Positions 1 to 12,214 of a DNA stretch of 64,000 bases are shown here, piece by piece. The notes below the pieces were generated by a model, which was not told the DNA's origin, made no database searches, and worked only from the letters and a program-made list of their open reading frames with translations. This DNA comes from Amoebophrya sp. A120. Lineage: Eukaryota; Protista; Dinoflagellata. Each line of letters starts with the position of its first letter. The stretch's first letter is position 1. Both the position numbers and the translations under genes were made by a program. Where the stretch lies: NCBI GenBank assembly GCA_905178155.1, contig CAJINV010000020.1:372001-436000 (forward strand). The letters run 5' to 3'.

Positions 1-139
1 ACAATCAGGGCTGCAGCAGCACGAGCAGCCTAATTATCAAAACCACTTGCTTGTAGATAAGAAAAAGGGACGAGGAAGGCGGCCGTTTGGCCGGCAAGAA
101 TTTTTCTCGACCAACCGCCTGCTGCATCACTGAAAAATT

Positions 140-1809
140 ATGACGACGGCGCTGGTATCCAGCATGATTTCGGACGAGATTTCTTTCGCCATCGCGGCGG
201 GAATCGGGGTCTGCACGCTCGCCTATCTTCACATGCGGATGACCGGGGGGATGAAAAATCAGGACAAGAAGAATCATGTCGATGCGGCGCAAGAACCTGT
301 ATTGCTGCAGGACGAGGAGCGGCGGGCGGAGCAGCATGCGAATCTTCCTTCTGCGAGGAAAACTACCACGACGAACAAGAACCCTGAAAGAAGATCTTCG
401 TGGTTCAGTGACAATGTCATGGAGCAAAGAAATTCATTTAGTAAGGGCGATGCAAGTAGTTCTTGCAGCAATGCCGATGCTCGGGGCTGCACTGAGACCA
501 AATCTCGCCTCAGTGCCTTTTTCTCATTTTCCGGAGAAAGTGCTTCTACCACATCACACGTTTCGACGGCGAGCGAAAAGACACCAACGACTTCCACGAG
601 TGCGGCGACGAGCAAGGAATCAGTGGGAGGTGGAACAACTACAGCATCCGAGCAGGATCCTCCACTGGATATTAAACCACGGTGGACCAGTTTTTTCTCC
701 GCAGCACCCGCTTCCGGTTGTACTTCTAGTTCTATGAAGATCGCAACCTCCTCCCGACGTCCGGAAGAACTACAACACAATGACGTCGATTGCGGCGCCA
801 GCACGTTTTCGGAGCAAACCGAAGACGACGAGGATTCGGACGAAAGTGTAGCTTCCAGCACGCTCCTCTACTCCACAGGCGGGAATAAAGCCAGCCATTT
901 ACTCTTACCCGATCTCGGGTTTCGGCTCGAAGTCGGCGAACTATCAACTGCAAATATGTCTGGGTCTGGGAGATTGCGAGATTTGTCATGCTAGTCTGGC
1001 ATGACTCTGGGATTTGTATTGCGTGGCAACCAAGAGCTCCTCTAGCCTGTCATGCAAACACGCAATTTCTCATGCGGAATACGCAACAAAGAAGCATGAA
1101 AAAACTTGTGATGCATGGCGGCGCATTACAGTGTCCTTATTATTCAGTGACCTGCATCACACTTTCCAGACCCAGACATTTTTGCATTTGATACGAACAC
1201 CAAATGTACCACGGTAGGATGCAGTTCACGGTCCGCCTGCTCGAGTGGCGCGACAAGAGCCCGAACGAGCAAGTCACTCTCGCAAAAGCCACCCGTTCCT
1301 ATTCCCAGTTCAAAAAGCTGCACAAAACGACCAACAGCAAGCAGCACACGCCGTTTCTGCGCCGCCTGCTGTTCTCGTCCCACGTCAGCAAGGTGCAGCA
1401 GCGGACGGAGTGCCTGCAAAAGTTCTGCGCAAGGTTGCGGGTGTCAGACCGGAATCTGAAGCTGCTGGCGGCGTTCTTGGCTTTGCGGAGTGGAAGTGAG
1501 GAAGAGACGCGGCTCCTCGAAGCGTTCGCGAAGCAAGCGGGTGCGGAAGAATTTTTCTGCTTTGCTGTTCATCTTTCAGGATGTCTTTATTGTCTTGCTC
1601 TTGCGGAAGTTCTGGGTTGTAGTCTTTGTCCTGTCCACGTGGCCTGGACTATTGCTGCACCTCCCCTGCGCATTTTGCTTCTGAAAGTGTACTCCTTTGC
1701 TGTCGTCCACTGCCGCATCATGAAGAAAGCAAGAATGTCCTCGGCGTCACACATACTTACGTGCTTACTTGCTAGTGCATCTGTGTTCGTTGCTCTAGCT
1801 CGCGGCTAG
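140..1809 (+). CDS. N-terminal TM anchor, Ser-rich region and PX(-like) domain protein, split by introner 942-1193; 3' end uncertain
   Basis: Removing element plus one TSD joins ORF 140 to ORF 1204: LGFRLEVGEH-QMYHGRMQFTVRL...ATRSYSQFKKLH...PFLRRLLF...QQRTECLQKFC, a PX-like RxYSxF..LH / R...L..F pattern. Confidence 0.6.
942..1193. mobile_element. Introner/MITE family A (subtype A3), 252 bp
   Basis: TIR tatcaactgcaaatatgtctgggtctgg / ccagacccagacatttttgcatttgata; TSD CGAAC (937-941, 1194-1198). Confidence 0.95.
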
Positions 1810-2092
1810 TCGTACAAAAATTGTCGTGGCATTGGTGTACGTGGCGTATTTTTTACATGGACAGCACTTCTACAAGAGGAAGTAGAAACTCTTCGGCAGG
1901 CACGACACCGTGAGGGGAGTGCGACATTCTGCATTGAGCAAGAGGTGAAAATAGATGGATTGACAGAGCAGACACTTTCAGAAGTGGTGTAGTACGTGAT
2001 GCAACGAGTGCAGTGGCGGGGGTTTGCAATGTCAGTAGGATCGTGGTTATTTCCAATCCGCGCTATTTCCTACAACAACTCCAGGTTTTCTC

Positions 2093-2765
2093 ATGTCATT
2101 TATCCCAATCAACATAGGTTCGGCTTCTACCTCTTGCACTCCCTCGGAAGCTGCAGCAGCAGCAGCAGCAAAACACCGCACCATGCCCGAGGAAGTAGCT
2201 CCCGGCGTCGCGAATGGGTGCGGCTGCGAGGTGGTGGTCCAGGCGACTGCCATCGATGACGACATCGCCAAACACTACAAGAAGGGCGGCTGGTTCGGGG
2301 CGGTGGCGGGCGCGTTCGGGGACAAAAAGACGATGTACTGCCATCACATAACAAGGAGCGGTATAGTTTTCTATGAAGATTTCTTTGTTTTTTCTTCCTC
2401 ACCATTGATGCAGTCTCTCTTGTGGTGCAAAATTTGAATTTGACTTTGGGCGGATCATCGTCTAGAAATCCAAAAATCCACTTGTCATGACCGTCTGGCA
2501 CGATGTTGAACATAAATTCATCCAAGGTGGTTTTGCAGTGAAAGAAGCCAAGGCCCAGGGCCTCTGCTTTTCCACCGAGACGGAAGTCTGGGAGTTTTTG
2601 GGCAAAAAGTGCGGGGGCCGGTTCACGCTGAGGGACTGGGGCACCAAGACCATGGGGTGCGGTGGTCTCGGGGAGAAGGATCACGACGAGACCTGTAACA
2701 CGGAAACCTGTCTTTTTCTCGCAAACAACTTGAAGTGCCCAGTGCCGAGGTGGGCAATCAAATGA
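2093..2765 (+). CDS. Small hypothetical protein, two exons; splice junction unresolved
   Basis: Coding-like ORFs 2093-2437 and 2487-2765 separated by an AT-rich segment. Confidence 0.35.
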
Positions 2766-3601
2766 AAACAGATTTTTATTGCTAATGCCGTGTTCCATGG
2801 ATGGAATCGCAATTCACGAAAGAGATGAAATATTGTACGATACCGATTGAAAAAGGTGGTCATGAACAACTTCTGATATATGAAGAAGAAGACGGTAGCA
2901 AATGTAAAATAGATTCGATCACGTGATGGTGCTGTGGCTGTGCTGTAATGGAAATCTGCTCAAAGTTTTTGAAGCACCGATGGTGAGATATCACACGCGC
3001 AGCTCTGCAGAGAAAAAATTCCGCCGCTAGTACCGCCGGGAAATCACGTTGGCCTTCTGTCATTTCGTTCTGTAGCGGTAGGTTTCTGGTGCAACACGTC
3101 AGGTCAAGAAAATGATCCCAATATTATGTGAGTTCATTGCATTGAAGATCAAACCGCACACTACATCAGCTGAATCATGAATCACGATGAAAGCAAGATC
3201 TTCCCTTCGGTCGTGGTACGGTAAATACCTTCGGTTTCCCGTCACGATTATATTGAATGAATCTAGGAAGATCACCCAGCGGTGAAAACAGTCTGAAGAC
3301 TGCTCATGAAGTGATCACGATAAAAAATCTCAAATTGGTTCTGTATAAGACACAACCCGCCTGACGCACAGACATCGATCTCATCTTTCCCATTCAAAAA
3401 CAGGTCTTCAAGTTGTAGTTGCCTGAAAAAGATAAATCAAGAGCCCGTTTTTTTGTTGAGACATTACCCTACGACGAGTTTTTTTATCACAGAGGTGAAA
3501 AAATATTCACAAGGACGATCAATTTCTGCAACGAACTGAGAAGTTGTCCCATCGCATCTGCTAAGCACTCAGCTACACGCAAAAATATTCTGACCAGTAC
3601 T

Positions 3602-4702
3602 ATGTCGGAGGCAGCAACAGCACAACCGGGATCTACTTCCGGAAAAAGCACCGAAGAGCAGAAGATGGCCGCGCCATCAAGCGCAAGCTCGCGTCCTGCC
3701 CCGCCGAGCAAAACAACTTCTACGGAGTTGCTGAGCCTGGAGAAAGCCATCTCGGAGTCTGGCCTCGGAAGTGCACAGCTTAAATCGATTTCGCAGAAGT
3801 TGCTCCTCGAGGATATTGCCGTTCGAAAAGATGACCACGTCGATAAAAAAGCGGCAGAGAAGACCATACTGAAAAATCCAGCGACACTTGTTTCTTCAAA
3901 CGACGTCGAGCAAAGCCATTCCACGCCCAGCAGCCCCGCGGCGAAGCGGAGGAAACCCTGGATGCAGATGAAGAGCGATGCGGTATCCGGAGGTGACAGC
4001 ACAAGCGGTAGCAAACAGAAAAACGAACCTGTCGAATCCGACGAGTTCCTGACTTCGATGAGCAAATTGCAGAGCTTCCTGGCCACGCACGGAAAGGACC
4101 CCCTGGCGGGCCTGCCGCCGGCGGGGAGCGCCGCTGCGAAACAGGAGGCGGTACAGATCGAGGCGCAGGATCAGGAGGGAAGTGGTGGTTTAAATGGCGG
4201 CCTTCTGGCGGGTGGCGTAAGTGGATTGCTGAATCAGGCAGGGGGATCTTCTCTGTCAACTTCCCTGTTGGACCCCTCGGCGATCACGGTTATGAGCGAC
4301 AACGAGGATGACGACTCCTCTTCCGACGAGGCAGCCTCGACTGCCAGCCACACGCCGTCGTCGGGAAAAGACGCCGAAACAGCAGCTCCAGCTGGAAACC
4401 AGGCATCCGCACCAGCCACGGAACTTGATCAACCGGCAGCTACTTCTACGGAGTCGCAGGGACAAGAGCCGCAAGCTAAGCCAGTTGAAGAACCGCCAGC
4501 GGCGACTTCTGGGGAAAAAAACGAAAATGAAGATGAAGTCGAGCAGGAAACTGACGACGATGAGAGCTGCCCGATGGTAGAGATGCAATTGGGATTGGGT
4601 GTTTTTGACGTGCACGGCAGCGTTCCGCTTGGTATGCAAGTGCCGGAAATCGTCGTGAAGCCTCCACCGGAGGAGGGCGGCGGGGAGATCCGGCTGTCAT
4701 GA
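3602..4702 (+). CDS. Low-complexity acidic protein with DUF4598/NOPCHAP1-like motif
   Basis: ATG at 3602 within ORF 3419-4702; MSKLQSFL and DDDESCPMVEMQLGLGVFDV resemble the IEMxLGLGV signature of DUF4598. Confidence 0.55.
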   Translation: MSEAATAQPGSTSGKSTEEQKMAAPSSASSRPAPPSKTTSTELLSLEKAISESGLGSAQLKSISQKLLLEDIAVRKDDHVDKKAAEKTILKNPATLVSSNDVEQSHSTPSSPAAKRRKPWMQMKSDAVSGGDSTSGSKQKNEPVESDEFLTSMSKLQSFLATHGKDPLAGLPPAGSAAAKQEAVQIEAQDQEGSGGLNGGLLAGGVSGLLNQAGGSSLSTSLLDPSAITVMSDNEDDDSSSDEAASTASHTPSSGKDAETAAPAGNQASAPATELDQPAATSTESQGQEPQAKPVEEPPAATSGEKNENEDEVEQETDDDESCPMVEMQLGLGVFDVHGSVPLGMQVPEIVVKPPPEEGGGEIRLS

Positions 4703-5643
4703 TCGCGCGAAAAGTTGTGAACCTCAAGATGAACAAAGGACCGCTGCGGCTATTCGATTGATGGTCTTTTTATTCGATTCGACAACATCTATCATAAGAA
4801 AATGAAAAATGCTTAGAAAGTCGGAACCACTGGAGGGACGTCGATGGAAAAAATTTTTCTACTTGACGCCTCTTTGTGAAACCCAAGACCATGCTGGCGA
4901 GCTGACGGCGCAGCGACAGCACAGTAGCTGCTGCATGCATTGTCGTGCTCGATACGAGACCTTTCTTGCATAAGTATACTTCTGCGCAACTACCCTCTTG
5001 ATGACTACGAAAGAAAATCAATTCTGGCGTCGCCTCGACACTGATTCTTCTCTATCAGGATGCAAATTCGGATGCCTAGGGTTCTTGATCCTCGCTGCTT
5101 ATCTATCAAGTCGTAGACGTAAGTACTTTTTCTTTTATCAATCGCTTTTTCGTGATAATAAAAAATCGAAAATCGTTTCTTCGTCGTGGTCTGAAGTCGT
5201 TTTTCGTAAAAATTTGCATTCTACGTGTGTCGTTTCGAGACGGACCGACCGAGGGCGAGGGCTAGTGAGGGAGACTTTTCGAAGGTAGTGGTGGAGAGCT
5301 CGTTGCTGAGTTGAATCAGGACATGAAGCATGTACTTTCGAAGAATTCCCCACCACGGCTCGAAGATTTTCGCATCTCTATTTCCGCTGCTCCGTCGTTG
5401 TTTTTTCATAGCTAGTTTGACTAAAGTAAATATGTGAGAAAAAACCCGTGCGGTCGCTTGTTGTTTTGGATAATTCGCGAAAAGAAGATATTATCGAGTG
5501 TCTTTGTCGCATGGCTCAAGAAGAACGTGATGGTGTTTCGCGAGATCTTCCGTGGCCGCATTTCTTCCCACGGGGACGCCGAAAAGCTTCGCAAGGAAAA
5601 GGGGTAAAAACTTCTGCTTAAGCGTGCTTTACAAGAAGCGGGC

Positions 5644-7424
5644 ATGTGGAGGGCGATGACGGATACAACTAGCGGCATAGCAAACCGGTCGTGGAGACCG
5701 CCCCCAACTTCCGGAAAGAAAATTAGCCGCGACCGACTTGGACCAAGGCGAGGTGCCCGCACCTGTGGTCCTCGGGTTACAGGTCTGCTTTCAACATCCC
5801 TGCTGGCGCAGATACCGATCTTATTCTACAAGGTTGCAGTCGTGCTCTGTGCCGCACGAACCTCGCTTGCAGGAGGAGACACGGATTGGCAAGAGGGGCT
5901 GCATGACACAGGAGGACCAGGAGTAGCAACGCTGCCACCAGGTGACATGAAGATACCACCGGTAAGCAGAGCTGCATCGAGTCCAAATGGACAAGAACAC
6001 CCAGGGTATTTGTTCTCATCGGCTGGAGCTGGAGCTGGTGCAGCTCCCGTGCTGCATGCACACGACGAGGACCTCCAAAATGGTCGTCCTATCGACCCGG
6101 GTGCAGGTGCGGGTTCGGAAAATGAAATGTTCGAGGACGGAGAGCAGCTTTTGGATGCCGTGCGTGAAGAGACCGCGGCACAGGCTCTCGCGGACTGGGA
6201 GCACGGCACCTCGTTCCTGGAAAAGGGCCCGTGCTGTGACCCCGTGGAAATGGATGATAGCGGTATAATGATCTTGCAATTTTCACTGTTGACACTGTTC
6301 TTTCGATGTTCTTTTTTGTATAAATGAAGTTTGAAAGTTGCATATTGTTCTATGAAGGCTGAAGTTGTATAGTGAAAGAATGTATCACACGATAAATATC
6401 GAACAGACGGTGTCCGGAGATACAAGCCCGCGCCGTACGAGAAGCCGATGCAGCGAGGCGGGACGCTGGGCGCCAACCGCGGCCGGGGGGCGGACTCCGA
6501 CACACCCGAAGTGAAAGTGTACAAAGACAGCAAAGGAAGAGCGGGGGCGGTGGCTACCAAAATGAAGAACGTGTTCCACTCCACCGCGGGCATGATGGGG
6601 ACCATCAGCGTATTGACAGGAAAAATCCCCTCCCCATATTGAAACGGTATGTCTCCGGAAATTTGTGTTGCTGATTTGAGGTCACAAATCACATTTGTCT
6701 TGCAAGAAGACAAGGGCAGAAGGTTCCGCCATATTATGGAGGCGATTTGTCATGCCGTTGGGCCTAAAAGGGGGCCGCTTGCCATGCTGGACAACTAGAC
6801 CCATACGCCCCCAGCTAGCCCGGGGATCTGGCCGCAGTGCCTTTCTGCAACACAAATCTGATTTGTGTATCCAAATCCAGCATCAGAAGTTTCGTTTTGC
6901 CGTCCCAGGAGCTGTTGTTGCTGTCTTTCGGTAGAAATCACATCGTCCAAATAATCCTACTAGAGTTTACCGGGTATGTGGTAACAGCGAGCATAAGGAC
7001 GTTGGATTTTTGACCGCTTCACAGTACAAGACCGGCACTTTTTGTGTCGGCCCGCCGAAGTTCCGCGTGCGGGTTTAGCAGTCTTCTTTCTCGCGAAAAA
7101 GGTGAGTCTCCTGACCCTTCCGGTCGTCACCACTCCGCCCGCGTTCGTGCTCGCACGGCGCCACGATGACGATGACGATGGTTTAAGTTTTTTAGGTATA
7201 GTCTAAACAGGGACACCCAGCCCTTAGCCATCCAAAATCAGAAGTTTCGTTTTGATATGGGGAGGGGGGATTTTTCCTTTTGATACAGCGACGGCCTATC
7301 AAACTGCACAAAACTGCGTCATCAATGTGACCCTGATCTAGCAAACTTGCACACGACCCGCAAAGAACGGAAAGGAGGAGTTTGCATCTTTGCCGACGGC
7401 AAGAATATGAATAGTTTTAGTTGA
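5644..7424 (+). CDS. Hypothetical secreted or membrane protein; multi-exon, includes composite introner 6611-7285
   Basis: Hydrophobic stretch LLAQIPILFYKVAVVLCAA; TSFLEK motif; element removal gives MMGTIS-DGLSNCTKLRHQCD...NSFS*. Confidence 0.5.
6611..7285. mobile_element. Introner family B carrying a nested 337-bp insertion
   Basis: TIR tattgacaggaaaaatcccctccccatat / atatggggaggggggatttttccttttgata; TSD CAGCG (6606-6610, 7286-7290); homologous to 33275-33603. Confidence 0.9.
6900..7236. mobile_element. Nested insertion with 18-bp TSD (SINE-, LINE-3'- or retrocopy-like)
   Basis: atcagaagtttcgttttg duplicated at 6882-6899 and 7237-7254; insert ends in ...ccatccaaa; absent from the sister B copies. 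Confidence 0.75.
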
Positions 7425-8448
7425 GTCGCAATCTTCTGCATCAGTAAAACATTTATTTGACATAGGGCAAGATGGACCTGTTGTGTCTTTGTTTGTCCTC
7501 AAGGACCAGTAGTTCGGCCTATGGGCGGGCAGTTTTCAGTTTGATAACGCAAACGAAAAACAATCGATAATAGGAAAGCGAGAAACAACGCACGACAACT
7601 ATGTACTCATACTTGTTTTTTGGCCGTCGGTTTATTTCTACTGCGATTTTTGGAAAATTGAAATTCAAATGAAATTAGAGTCTAATTTCCGGTTAACTTC
7701 GAAATTATCTAATTTCCGGTTTCCGGTTACAGACGTATTGAAAAAAGTGACTCTGCAAATGCGATGAATTCTTTATATGGTGGCGCATGCGAGCAACGGA
7801 CAGATTATCCATCGAAGAAAGAAAAACCGCAACAAACAGCATACAAGGAGAATGTGCAGAGGAAATATGAAAGTGAAAATATTGACCGGCTCCCATGAAC
7901 TAATACAACGACCTCTTATCGAGAACCACATATCTTCTACCCCTAGAATTTGTTAAGCGTCGTGATGTCATGCCACTTTGCAGGAGATGAAGGTCCGTCT
8001 GGTGCCACGAGAACTTCGCAGTTACTTGTTGCAAAAGCTTTCAAGAACTGATGAGAATTATGAGTCTAACGGCCACGGAGATCCTCATAGGTCGCTGTTT
8101 ATGGGTTCCGATTTTTTCACTTTGATTTGTTGGGCGGCGGAGTAATGGGAAAACTCGGTGCAGCTAAGGACTTTGTGACTTTATCAAAGTGAAGCGTGTC
8201 GTGCGCGTTTCGATTTCCTTCCTTCCCGCTCAGAACACTACGATGTGACGGTTCTCATGCCATTGTGCATGATCCAGAATGTGTATGTGACGTGGATGGT
8301 GCTCTCCCTTGGGTCGTGTGACGGGAAAGTAAGTACGAATTGGGGCTCCAGCTTTGCGTGAGAGAGAGAAACGAAACTTATCGGTGGTTCTGGGTCTACT
8401 TTCACCGGGGGGAGGGAACAAATTTGCAATCCATACAGTGGGAAGAAA

Positions 8449-11211
8449 GTGTACGACTCGGATTCGGACAATCGGGAAGACGATGCAGATTTCCGGACGG
8501 GAAACGTCGGGTCTGGAGCGCATCAGACCGCCAATGTGGCACGCATGCCCCAACAAACTCAGGTGGAGGCGTTGCCATCCGGGAAAAAGGTGAAACAGGA
8601 TTCCACGGCGGAAACATCGGAAACGGAAGAAGGAAGTACTTTTTTTACAACCGCGTGGTCTTCTATTCATCTTGCTGGCACATTCATTAAGCATGACTAT
8701 TTCCGAAGAAGTAGTAGAAATGACTATCATTCAAAAAGCTTTTTGCGTAACTTGAAATAGAAGCGAGCACACTATTTCAGACTTGAAGTTGAATAGTGAG
8801 AAAGAGAAATCAAATCGAACGTACGAGGAGCGTTGTATTCCTTAGACGCAAGAAGAGAAGCTCCTACAAATTCTTGCACACAACAGGTACAGACGACGAG
8901 GATGAGTCCTGGGATGATGACGAGGAATATATTCACGGGTAAAAAAGTCACCCCCCCCCGCCCATATTAAATTTCCACACGATAATTAATCCGATTTGAT
9001 TCTCGCTGTGGTTTTTCTATCTTCTTACTTGAGTCACCATCGCCAGCAGAATCACACCGGTAGTAGCCTGCTTGACGAGAAAGGATACATAGTGAGTAAC
9101 TACTTCTTGTTCGAAAAGTAGTTCTTTTGGTCTTAGCGGGGGCGTGGCTTTCAACCCAGGATACTAGATTACGACAAACGCAGTAGAAGAGGCGGAGGCG
9201 ACGATAGTTTTGATGTCAGCGAGGGCTACAGCGACGATGGCTACAGTGGAAGCGGCGCGAGTAAAAGTGACGACGGCGACGGCTACAGCGACGACGATGG
9301 TTTATCAAATGTAAAAATGTCTGGGTCTGGAAGAATGCAACTTGTCATGCTAAATCTGAAGCATACAAAAAGCTGTGTTGCATGATTACCAAAGTCGTCC
9401 AGTTTTGGCCAAGTCGGGAGGGAGTTTCTCATGCAGGATAGGCATGAGAGAGAGTGCACAGAATCTGTCATGTTAGGTCCTGCATTACAGACCTCATGGG
9501 TCATGGAAAAGCTGCATGACAAATCGCGCACTCTTCCAGACCCAGACATTTTTGCATTTGATATGGTTACACCGATGACGACAGTGGCGCCGCCAGCAAC
9601 AGCGACAGCGCGACCTCCGAAACGCCGCCCAGTAAGACGAGCAGCAAGACAAGCAAGAGGAAGAAGGCTAGTGCCAGCGCCAGTGCGACGTCCTTCCTGC
9701 AAGAACATCAACTGCAGAAGAAACGAATCGCCAGGAAGAAACAAAAGCAGAAGAAAAAAGCAGCAGCTGCGAAGAAGTTTTACAAGAAGTCCGGCACGCT
9801 AAAATCGGGGAAAATGCAGTCTTTCTTACAACTGCACGAGGAAAGCGAGGACAGTGGTGTACTAGGTCCTGCGCTGCTGGGAGGACAAGCAGGACAACAA
9901 GAACCCGAGATGCTGGACGACCCGCGGCCGACTGCCTTTATTTCCTCCTCAAGAGCAGCTGCACCGTCGAGTTGGAGAAGCAAAAAGAGAAATAAGCTGG
10001 TCGCAGATCCTGGTCTCGAAGACTCGACGTCGTCCGCCTTGGCAGCAGGAAGTAGAACAGCCGTCCAACGAGGGCCTTCAGCGGGCGCCGGGGGAAATAT
10101 GAAAACTCCCAAGGAGGTCATCATGTTGTTGTTGTCCGGAAGTATTGAAACGACTGGAAGAACTACCAGCGGAGATGAAAGTACCAACACAGCCGGGACA
10201 AGTGTGTTGCAGCAGGGCGAGAAGATTCATTTCCCTTCAACATCATTCTTGCCAACATCTTCGTCTCCCACCACCGGTAAGGGTGATGACATGGGTGCAT
10301 CTACTACTGCTGCATCACTAGAACAAGCGGGAGGAGCTGCCACTGAGGAAACAAGAAGCCAGGATGGAGTAGAAGCCGCTTCCTCCCGCACTACAGTGTT
10401 TTTACAACCCGTCGACAGCCGGATTGGGGAAAATGCGGGGAATAGCACGACATTAACGATCTTTCCCTCTTCATCGCTAGAAATTGTACCCGGTAGTAGA
10501 ACAAGCACAACCCCGTCCACATTTCTCGAAGAACAATCCGCCTCTTCTCTTGACTCTGGGTCAAAATCCCAGGAGGATTGGCGAGGAGCAAAAGAAGCCT
10601 CGTCCACTTTAACACCAACATCTTTGGGAGAAGTTACAGGCGAAAGAAGGCTGCACGAGACTGATCGAAAAGATGAAAATGTGGAAGAGCAACAGGGATC
10701 TGCTCCAAATCGATCACTAGAACAAGCGATAGAAACCGAGAACGATGAGCAGCAGCCTGACCTGGAGCCCCCTCTAGTAAAAACGGGGTCGTTGACAACT
10801 GCAGCAGCCCCCTCCTCAAGTTCTTCTTTTCTCCAAGAGCAACAAACTGCACGACTTGAGGGCGGCACGGGGGGCAGCAGAGGAAGCATGGGAGCAGATG
10901 ATGACAATCTAAATCCTCTGCTGAACTACGACGAAGCAACACCTGGTCAAGCGGAGTCAACGGATCATGTCGAGCAGCGAGCAGCTGTCATCACGGGTGA
11001 AGACGTCCTTCCACCTTCTAGCGGAACAAGGCCAAAAACTGCTCTGCGGGGCGCTGGAAGGGTGAGATGGCCGCAAGTAGCAGCAGTGCAAGGCGGAACA
11101 ACGACAGCTGCGGTGGGCACAGCAGAAGGAGGTAGCTCGGCTGCTGCCGGAATGACTGAAACGCCAGTTGTGCGGAAAACCAATTTGCGGGGCGGGATGA
11201 AAAACTTGTAG
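8449..11211 (+). CDS. Large acidic, Ser/Thr-rich low-complexity protein with repeated S/T-F-L-Q/E motifs; 5' end unresolved
   Basis: Exons join in frame: SETEEGS|TDDEDESWDDDEEY|YDKRS...DDGY|TDDDS...KMQSFLQ (ORF 9814-11211). Confidence 0.6.
8930..9163. mobile_element. Degenerate introner
   Basis: TIR tattcacgggtaaaaaagtcacccccc vs reverse complement tatcctgggttgaaagccacgccccc; eroded TSD GAATA/CTAGA; removing element plus 5 nt keeps the frame. Confidence 0.7.
9303..9563. mobile_element. Introner family A (A2), 261 bp
   Basis: TIR tatcaaatgtaaaaatgtctgggtctggaaga; TSD TGGTT. Confidence 0.95.
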
Positions 11212-12214
11212 GTCGCTGTTTTTCCTCCAGCTGCGTTGAATTTCAAGAAAAGTTTCAAAGAAATTAAACAGAACATTTAATGTACCTGATGCAGATTTAC
11301 ACTACGTTTGTTGATGCTCACAATGAATCTTGATTTTACTTGCTAACAAATTCAGTCAAAGTCGCAATTCCAAATTACACTAGATTGCGCAAAGGTACAA
11401 CTAGGTCTTGCCGATTGCATTGTACAAAAATCTCAGTTTCTTGTCAATCTTGTAATGTACACCATTGCCAAAAAAAATCGTATCCGTATACTCTTTTCTT
11501 GTATGATGTACCAAAATTGTATCGGAAATTCAACTTAAGTTTTCTGGCAACAGGAAAGATATGCTTAACATAACAAGGAAAGCACCAGCAGGGGTGCCGG
11601 CTTTGCTTTTTTATTGCTTTCCTTGGAAAAGGTTTTAAATCGTTCGCGTTCGTATTATAGCAGAGGAGAGATTTTTTCCCTTCGTGTCGGCTGTCGGACA
11701 ACATTCGTAATCGTCATCGTTTTGCTCGGAGCAGAGAGTTGATGTCTTCGGATAAAAGAAGAGCGAGACACGATTGAAGTCGTGATTTCTAGCTGTTGTT
11801 TTCAAGATAGAACGGTCGTGCTCTTTTCTTTTTGATCGTTCTTCACTCCGCCTTCAGGTCAACTCCAAATCGAAGATTCTTTTCTTTTGTGGCGCAACCG
11901 CAACAAAGTACTGGCGCAGCAGCCACCTTCACATAAGTTAGTAGGTGCCTCTAACCTGGCTTGCATATTATTCGGCGTATTAGCTGTCGTGAGGTGCATC
12001 TGTACTGCAGATTGATTTTATCTGTAGTTCATTCATTGGCTACAAGAAGCCTGGTGTACTTCCGCCTCTTTTCCTATTGCACAAATGCGCAAGATGAAGA
12101 CGGATGATGTACTAGAGCCTGTCCTTCTTTGAAGTTGTGGGAGCACGACCGCGGGGGAACGCTGTTAAGCCGCATTTTAAGGAAAAACTACCGTAGAAAC
12201 CTACCACGTGCAAG

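Noticed and set aside
5512-5520. TGGCTCAAG, the 3' end of the dinoflagellate spliced leader, upstream of a gene
   Set aside because: Only a 9-nt match, expected by chance in 64 kb
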